DNA from: Eledone cirrhosa
Taxonomy: Eukaryota
DNA length: 64,000 nt
NCBI GenBank assembly: GCA_964016885.1
Contig: OZ024760.1
Location: 11,718,001 to 11,782,000, forward strand
Direction: 5' to 3'
Numbering within the stretch: position 1 is the first letter of the stretch; every line of letters starts with the position of its first letter. The position numbers were made by a program, and so were the translations under genes. Shown one piece after another: positions 56,088 through 64,000 of the stretch. The notes beneath the pieces are model-generated. The model searched no databases. It was not told where the DNA came from and was given only the letters and a program-made list of their open reading frames with translations.

Positions 56088-57742
56088 CCCTGATATTACA
56101 GACATGTGGTTAGAATGTCTTAGGAAAGAATCACTGGACAGATTTGAGAGATCACAGCTCTGATATTACAGACATGTGGTTAGAATGTCTCAGGAAAGAA
56201 TCACTGGACAGATTTGAGAGATCAAAGCTCTGATATTACAGACATATGGTTAGAATGTCTCAGGAAAGAATCACTGGACAGATTTGAGAGATCACAGATC
56301 TGATATTACAGACATGTGGTTAGAATGTCTCAGGAAAGAATCACTGGACAGATTTGAGAGATCAAAGCTCTGATATTACAGATATGTGGTTAGAATGTCT
56401 CAGGAAAGAATCACTGGACAGATTTGAGAGATCACAGCTCTGATATTACAGACATATGGTTAGAATGTCTCAGGAAAGAATCACTGGACAGATTTGAGAG
56501 ATCAAAGCTCTGATATTACAGACATATGGTTAGAATGTCTCAGGAAAGAATCACTGGACAGATTTGAGAGATCAAAGCTCTGATATTACAGACATATGGT
56601 TAGAATGTCTCAGGAAAGAATCACTGGACAGATTTGAGAGATCAAAGCTCTGATATTACAGACATATGGTTAGAATGTCTCAGGAAAGAATCACTGGACA
56701 GATTTGAGAGATCAAAGCTCTGATATTACAGACATATGGTTAGAATGTCTCAGGAAAGAATCACTGGACAGATTTGAGAGATCAAAGCTCTGATATTACA
56801 GACATATGGTTAGAATGTCTCAGGAAAGAATCACTGGACAGATTTGAGAGATCAAAGCTCTGATATTACAGACATATGGTTAGAATGTCTCAGGAAAGAA
56901 TCACTGGACAGATTTGAGAGATCAAAGCTCTGATATTACAGACATATGGTTAGAATGTCTCAGGAAAGAATCACTGGACAGATTTGAGAGATCAAAGCTC
57001 TGATATTACAGACATATGGTTAGAATGTCTCAGGAAAGAATCACTGGACAGATTTGAGAGATCACAGATCTGATATTACAGACATGTGGTTAGAATGTCT
57101 CAGGAAAGAATCACTGGACAGATTTGAGAGATCAAAGCTCTGATATTACAGACATATGGTTAGAATGTCTCAGGAAAGAATCACTGGACAGATTTGAGAG
57201 ATCACAGCTCTGATATTACAGACATATGGTTAGAATGTCTCAGGAAAGAATCACTGGACAGATTTGAGAGATCACAGATCTGATATTACAGACATGTGGT
57301 TAGAATGTCTCCGGAAAGAATCACTGGACAGATTTGAGAGATCACAGATCTGATATTACAGACATGTGGTTAGAATGTCTCAGGAAAGAATCACTGGACA
57401 GATTTGAGAGATCACAGCTCTGATATTACAGACATGTGGTTAGAATGTCTCAGGAAAGAATCACTGGACAGATTTGAGAGATCACAGCTCTGATATTACA
57501 GACATGTGGTTAGAATGTCTCAGGAAAGAATCACTGGACAGATTTGAGAGATCACAGCTCTGATATTACAGACATGTGGTTAGAATGTCTCAGGAAAGAA
57601 TCACTGGACAGATTTGAGAGATCACAGCTCTGATATTACAGACATGTGGTTAGAATGTCTCAGGAAAGAATCACTGGACAGATTTGAGAGATCACAGCTT
57701 CAATATTACAGATATGAGTTTAGAATGTCTCATGAAAGAATC
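56088..57742. repeat. 70-bp minisatellite, about 24 copies, derived from an RTE LINE
   Basis: Unit TGATATTACAGACAT(G/A)TGGTTAGAATGTCTCAGGAAAGAATCACTGGACAGATTTGAGAGATCA(C/A)AGCTC. Confidence 0.97.
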
Positions 57743-58265
57743 TTTTCTATATTTTATCTGCCTGTCACCTGCCTTGTGGATTGTTCCTTTGTCGTCCACA
57801 GGTTTCTGTCCTGTGAAGCATATTTGCCCATCACTGTCTTTGACAGCATTTAGCTGTTTTAACAGCTGTTCTAGTGATGAGTTTTCTTATTTTTATATAT
57901 ATTCAAATATACTTTTTCTTCGTCTTGATCAGAGAAAAAATTGTTTTAATTATGTATATATATATACTTACGGTAAACATTGATGAAATTCAATTCAAAC
58001 ACTCAATGTACTTTTTCTACATAGAAATGACGTAGTATATTGATTGGGTTTTTTTTTGTGGGGATGGAGACCTGCCTAGGCTAGCTTAGTTGTGTTCTGG
58101 GGTAGTACTTAGATGGTCAACTTCCGTCACATTTGCGCCTGCGCAAAGCTGTGGATATGAACTGGGGCTCAAGGGAACAGCCAAAGGCTTCAACAACATC
58201 ATCTTTGTCCGTCCCCTTGTCATTTTAATTTGGATTGCCTCAAGAACGTAACTTTATTATGTAAG

Positions 58266-58344
58266 AAGCTGTCTGATGAGATCACGGCACTGGGTACACG
58301 GAATCATGTGGCCACTGTTGCCATTGAAATATGTATCACAGCCT
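58266..58344 (+). ncRNA. Minimal type-I hammerhead ribozyme motif
   Basis: GCTGT-CTGATGA (58273-79) ... GAAAT[ATGT]ATC-ACAGC: 5-bp perfect helix I, bulged helix II GAT..GGCA/TGCC.ATT, triplet AUC. Confidence 0.65.
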
Positions 58345-58388
58345 TATCAATAAAAGACTTTAACATCTGAAACTACTTCGCATTTTCT

Positions 58389-58592
<204 letters not shown>

Positions 58593-58934
58593 GGAGGCAC
58601 ATGGCTTAGTGGTTAGAGCATTGGCCTTGCAATCGAAAAGTTGTGAGTTCAATTCTCAGACCAGGTGATGTGTTGTTTCCTTGAGCAAGACACTTTATTT
58701 CACATTGCTCCAGTTTACTCAGCTGTAGAAATGAGATGATAGGGACTGGGGTCCCTATCATTCCACTGCAAAGTGGTCGTGGAGGTGCCACGGCAAAAAA
58801 GCACCCAGCACTCACTGTAAATGAGGTTGGTGTTAGGAAGTGCATCCAGCTGTAGAAATCAAGCCAGAATCAGTTCCCGTCCCACCCTTGCAAGCAGGGA
58901 AAAGCGGACGTAAAATGATGATGATGATGATGAT
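58593..58934 (+). mobile_element. tRNA-derived CORE-like SINE, family B, full length (other copies: 3577-3963 -, 17686-18029 -, 22551-22775 + 3' half, 63770-63978 - 3' half, 42279-42410 + head, 45645-45920 + variant)
   Basis: A box TGGCTTAGTGG, B box GAGTTCAATTC, CORE-like CCTTGAGCAAGACACTTT...CAGCTGTAGAAATG and a (GAT)n tail; near-identical copies are dispersed through the window. Confidence 0.9.
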
Positions 58935-59027
58935 ACGATATATTAACAAATGAAAACTATATTTATAAAACCATATTTATTTCATTATACATATTTCAAG
59001 GACACCAAGTTAAATTATGGTGTGCTT

Positions 59028-59058
<31 letters not shown>

Positions 59059-59279
59059 ATATAGTACCTCGAATCATATCATTCTATCTAACAAAGAAGG
59101 ATGCTATGGAACAGGGCTGATGAACCGGAAAACAACAACAATGACACCATAACAATAACAACAACAATAGCATCAACAACAACAACTATAACAATGCTTT
59201 TATTTACATCTTATTTACCTTTAGTTATTAGAACAATCAGTTGATATCACCTCCTCCTCCTCTCTTTCCATCCCCTTCT

Positions 59280-60553
59280 CATCATCATCACCACTACCAT
59301 CACCACTACCACCACCACTACCACCATCAACCACCAACCACCATCATCACCGCTATCATCACCACCACCATCATTATCACCATCTCCACCAACAACCATC
59401 ATCACCACTACCACTATTACCACTATCACCAACACCATCACTATCATCATCACCATCAACCACTAACACCACCACCACCACCATCACCACCACTACCGCC
59501 ACCACTATCATCATCACCAATACCATCACCCCCAACCATCACCACCATCACCACCATCACCACTATCATCACCACCATCACCAACACCATCACCAACACC
59601 ACCACCACCATCACTACTACCACCACCACCACCACCATCACCACCGTCACCACTAATACGACCATCACCACTACCACAACCACCATTATCATCACCACCA
59701 TCACCACCATCACCACCAACAACCACCACCACTACCACCATCACCACCATCACCACCACCACCAACACCACCACCACCACCACCACCATCACAACCACCA
59801 CCGCCACCATCACCACCACTACCACCACCATCACAACCACCACCACCATCACCACCACCACCACCATCACCATCACCACCCCCACCACCATCATCATTAT
59901 CATCATCTTCCTTTACCCGCTTCACCATACACTCCCTCCCAGCAATGCTGGTCCCAGGTAAAGGGGAGATGGTATTATGTCTGTTTAACAATTGGTTGCT
60001 ATAAGTCCAAACCCTTATCTCATCTGCTGTCTATGACATCCCCACCCCACTCCCCAACTTCACCCCCACGCCGCCTCACTCCACCTAACCCACCACCTTA
60101 ACCTAAAATAACAACAACATCAACAAGAAGAAAAAAAAACACAAAATAAAACAAAGTCCATAAGCTACTGACATTGTGTGTATATATCTGTGTGTGTATC
60201 TGTGTGTGTGTATATCTATCTGAGTGTGTATCTGTGTGTGTGTATATCTATCTGAGTGTGTATATGTGTGTGTGTGTGTATCTATCTGAGTGTGTATCTG
60301 TGTGTGTGAGAGTGTGTATATGTGTATGAGGGTGTGTGTGTATGTATGCATGTGTATATGTGTGTGTGAGAGAGAGAGTGTGTTTGTGTGTATGTGAGAG
60401 TATATATATATATATGTGTGTGTGTGTGTATATCTATCTGAGTGTGTATCTGTGTGTGTGAGAGTGTGTATATGTGTGATGAGGGTGTGTGTGTATATAT
60501 GCATGTGTATATGTGTGTGTGAGAGAGAGAGTGTGTTTGTGTGTATGTGAGAG

Positions 60554-60584
<31 letters not shown>

Positions 60585-61552
60585 ATATCTATCTGAGTGT
60601 GTATCTGTGTGTGTGAGAGTGTGTATATGTGTGATGAGGGTGTGTGTGTATATATGCATGTGTATATGTGTGTGTGTGAGAGAGAGAGAGTGTGTTTGTG
60701 TGTATGTGAGAGTATATATATATATGTGTGTGTGTATCTGTGTGTATATCTATCTGAGTGTGTATCTGTGTGTGTGAGAGTGTGTATATGTGTATGAGGG
60801 TGTGTGTGTATATATGCATGTGTATATGTGTGTGTGAGAGAGAGAGTGTGTTTGTGTGTATGTGAGAGTATATATATATATGTGTGTGTGTGTGTTTTGA
60901 TATATTTTACACTAATTAAACTTAATTTAAACCACTCGTGATTCTTCTACCACCACCACCACCACCACTACTACTACTACTGCAGCAGGGTAATCATCAT
61001 CATCATCATCATTGAAATCATCACCATCATCATTATCATCATCATTGTCATCATCATCACTATTGCCATCATCATCATCATCATCATCATCATATAATGT
61101 CTATTGTCCAAGCTAGCAGCCGTCCTTCCTAACACCAACCACTTTACAGAGTGTACTGGGAGTATGGTTTCTATGGCTGGATGTCCTTCTTTAAGCCAAC
61201 CACTTTACAGAGTGTACTGGGAGTATGGTTTCTATGGCTGGATGTCTTTCTTTAAGCCAACCACTTTACAGAGTGTACTGGGAGCATGGTTTCTATGACT
61301 GGATGTCCTTCTTTAAGCCAACCACTTTACAGAGTGTACTGGGAGCATGGTTTCTATGGCTGGATGTCCTTCTTTAAGCCAACCACTTTACAGAGTGTAC
61401 TGGGAGCATGGTTTCTATGGCTGGATGTCCTTCTTTAAGCCAACCACTTCTTAGAATTTCAAAATATTTTGGTAATCTTTGTTTCTATTTCAATAAATAT
61501 AAATAAAATCTTTGACATTTCTTTCTTATCCACTGTTGGTAATTTTACTTAT

Positions 61553-61607
<55 letters not shown>

Positions 61608-61610
61608 AAC

Positions 61611-61673
<63 letters not shown>

Positions 61674-62112
61674 AACATATATATATATGTATATATATAT
61701 ACATATATATATATACATATATGTACATATATATATATGTATATATATATACATATATGTACATATATATATATGTATATATATATATATGTAGATATAT
61801 GTATATATATATACATATATGTATATATATATACATATATGTACATATATATATATGTATATATATATGTATGTACATATATGTATATATATATACATAT
61901 ATGTACATATATATATATGTATATATATATACATATATATATATGTTTGTATATATATATACATATATATATATGTATATATATATACATATATATATAT
62001 GTATATATATATACATATATGTACATATATACATATGTATATATATATATATATACATATATGTACATATATGTATATATATATACATATATATATATGT
62101 ATATATATATAC
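59280..62112. repeat. Microsatellite block: (CAC/CAT)n, (TG/TA/GA)n with higher-order duplications, (TA)n
   Basis: Seen directly. Confidence 0.93.
61130..61449. repeat. 61-bp minisatellite, about 5 copies, derived from a SINE tail
   Basis: Unit CCAACCACTTTACAGAGTGTACTGGGAG(C/T)ATGGTTTCTATGGCTGGATGTCCTTCTTTAAG. Confidence 0.92.
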
Positions 62113-62226
62113 AACATACATTGGGTACATTTTATTGGAAATACAGGTGTTGAATATTTTCTTTTGGAACTGTACTTTTGACAACCTAGCAAACACATAT
62201 AGTGTTATCATTATTATTGTTAATGA

Positions 62227-62800
62227 GGGTGGTGGGTTGGCAGTATTGGTAGAGGGTCGGACACCATGGGTGGTGGGTTGACAGTATCGGTAGAGGGTCG
62301 GACACCATGGGTGGTGGGTTGGCAGTATCGGTAGAGGGTCGGACACCATGGGTGGTGGGTTGGCAGTATCGGTAGAGGGTCGGACACCATGGGTGGTGGG
62401 TTGGCAGTATCGGTAGAGGGTCGGACACCATGGGTGGTGGGTTGGCAGTATCGGTAGAGGGTCGGACACCATGGGTGGTGGGTTGGCAGTATCAGTAGAG
62501 GGTCGGACACCATGGGTGGTGGTTTGGCAGTATCGGTAGAGGGTCGGACACCATGGGTGTGTGGGTTGGCAGTATCGGTAGAGGGTCGGACACCATGGGT
62601 GTGTGGGTTGGCAGTATCGGTAGAGGGTCGGACACCATGGGTGTGTGGGTTGGCAGTATCGGTAGAGGGTCGGACACCATGGGTGGTGGGTTGGCAGTAT
62701 CGGTAGAGGGTCGGACACCATGGGTGGTGGTTTGGCAGTATCGGTAGAGGGTCGGACACCATAGGTGGTGGGTTGGCAGTATCGGTAGAGGGTCGGACAA
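62227..62800 (+). repeat. 41-42-bp tandem array (about 14 copies) of the SINE-A head
   Basis: Unit GGGTGGTGGGTTGGCAGTATCGGTAGAGGGTCGGACACCAT; the last unit continues into a complete SINE body ending near 62976. Confidence 0.95.
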
Positions 62801-64000
62801 CAGGCGCTTTGCAGCATAGAGTTATGCCCCAGTTGCTAATACTATCTATCTAATCTGAGTTCAAATCCTGCCAAGGTTAACTTTGCCTTTCATCCTTACA
62901 GGGTCGATAAAATAAAGTACCAGTAATACACTGGGATAATTGCTGGCCTTGTGCCAAAAGTAGAAACAATTATTATTGTTGTTGTTGTTTAGTAGTAGTA
63001 GTAGTAGTAGTGGTAGTAGTAGTAGTAGTAGTGGTAGTTACTGCCAATTTCTCAACTCAACTGGTTCCATCAGGCTAAAGTTCTTATCTTTGATTTTCAT
63101 GACATCAAATGTTTATTATGAGGCAGTGAACCAATTATAGAAATCTCTACTGCTCCACCCCCTCTACAACCACTGCCACCATCACCACCACTTATATATA
63201 TATACACACACACACCACTACCAATATCATCATCACCCCTACCATCTCCACAACCTCCACCAGTAACAATAACTACAACACCCCTTCTCACCACCACTAC
63301 CACCACACCATCAGTACCTGGCCACACCTCCCACCATCGCTACCACATCCACCACCATCACTACCCCCCACCCCCACCACCACCGCCTCTACCCCCCACC
63401 ATCACTACCACCTCCATCACCACAACCATCGCTATCATCACCATCACACCACCTCTACTACCACATCCACCACCCTCGGTACCTCCCCTCTACCCACCAA
63501 AGATAACAACAAGATGATGTGGCTCCCTCTTCAGGTGAGTCAATAAATTGAAGTGGAATGGTTATAAATAAGACATTTAGTTGTTGACAGTTAGACATTT
63601 CTACTGAATCACAACTGAGAAGAACATCACACTGACAGAAAGCAACAACAACAGCAATAACAACAACAGAAATAACATCAACAACAACAGCAGCCAAAAC
63701 AACGACAGCAACAACAATAACAAGGAGAATCAACAGCAGCAAGATCACAAGTAAGATATTTCATTTTTCATCATCATTTCATTTTACGTTCGCTTTTTCC
63801 CTGCTTGCAAGGGTGGGACGGGAACTGATGCTGGCTTGATTTCTACAGCTGGATGCCCTTCCTAACACCAACCTCATTTACAGTGAGTGCTGGGTGCTTT
63901 TTTGCCGTGGCACCTCCATGACCACTTTGCAGTGGAATGATATGGACCCCAGTCCCTATCGTCTCATTTCTACAGCTGTATATTATGTATATTATATGTA

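Noticed and set aside
56088-57742. CRISPR-like appearance of the regular arrays (also 1-436, 19010-19797, 62227-62800)
   Set aside because: Head-to-tail units with no unique spacers, no cas genes and a eukaryotic context; several units trace to LINE or SINE sequence.
58593-58665. tRNA gene
   Set aside because: A and B boxes are present but the sequence continues into a SINE body and tail repeated across the window; it is a SINE head.
59116-59133. CTGATGAACCGGAAAAC hammerhead-like string
   Set aside because: No stem II, helix III or cleavage triplet can be formed.
59943-59957. 15-nt microexon (cccag|CAATGCTGGTCCCAG|gtaaag)
   Set aside because: Such AG...GT spacing arises easily by chance and no flanking exons are available to test the frame.
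61469-62817. Long Tyr/Ile-rich ORFs (also 11071-12037, 25086-25647, 31501-32121)
   Set aside because: Translations of (TA)n/(CA)n tracts and the SINE-head array.

Overview
Repeat-saturated, AT-rich animal genomic DNA, most likely an octopod cephalopod (inferred from the tRNA-derived SINE types, RTE/CR1/Tx1/CRE LINE relics and extreme microsatellite density). Almost every ORF in the supplied track is a microsatellite or minisatellite artefact. Two spliced + strand genes can be assembled by hand with consistent GT-AG junctions and phases. One is an unrecognised 151-aa protein with a signal peptide and a GPI-type C-terminus (3 coding exons, 18637-23720). The other is SLC25A38, the mitochondrial glycine carrier (10 coding exons, 31505-43737, 305 aa). 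The most notable non-genic signals are: (i) several minimal type-I hammerhead ribozyme cores in Penelope-like relics beside (TA)n tracts, one in sense inside an SLC25A38 intron and one about 360 bp upstream of its ATG; (ii) many fold-back palindromes in (TA)n, the largest with 193-bp perfect arms; (iii) Tx1-type LINE copies found in (TCTA)n; (iv) SINE 5' truncations clustering at the tRNA T-loop A58 position; (v) minisatellites repeatedly seeded from the same SINE, LINE and MITE segments. All calls come from reading the sequence; no searches were run.
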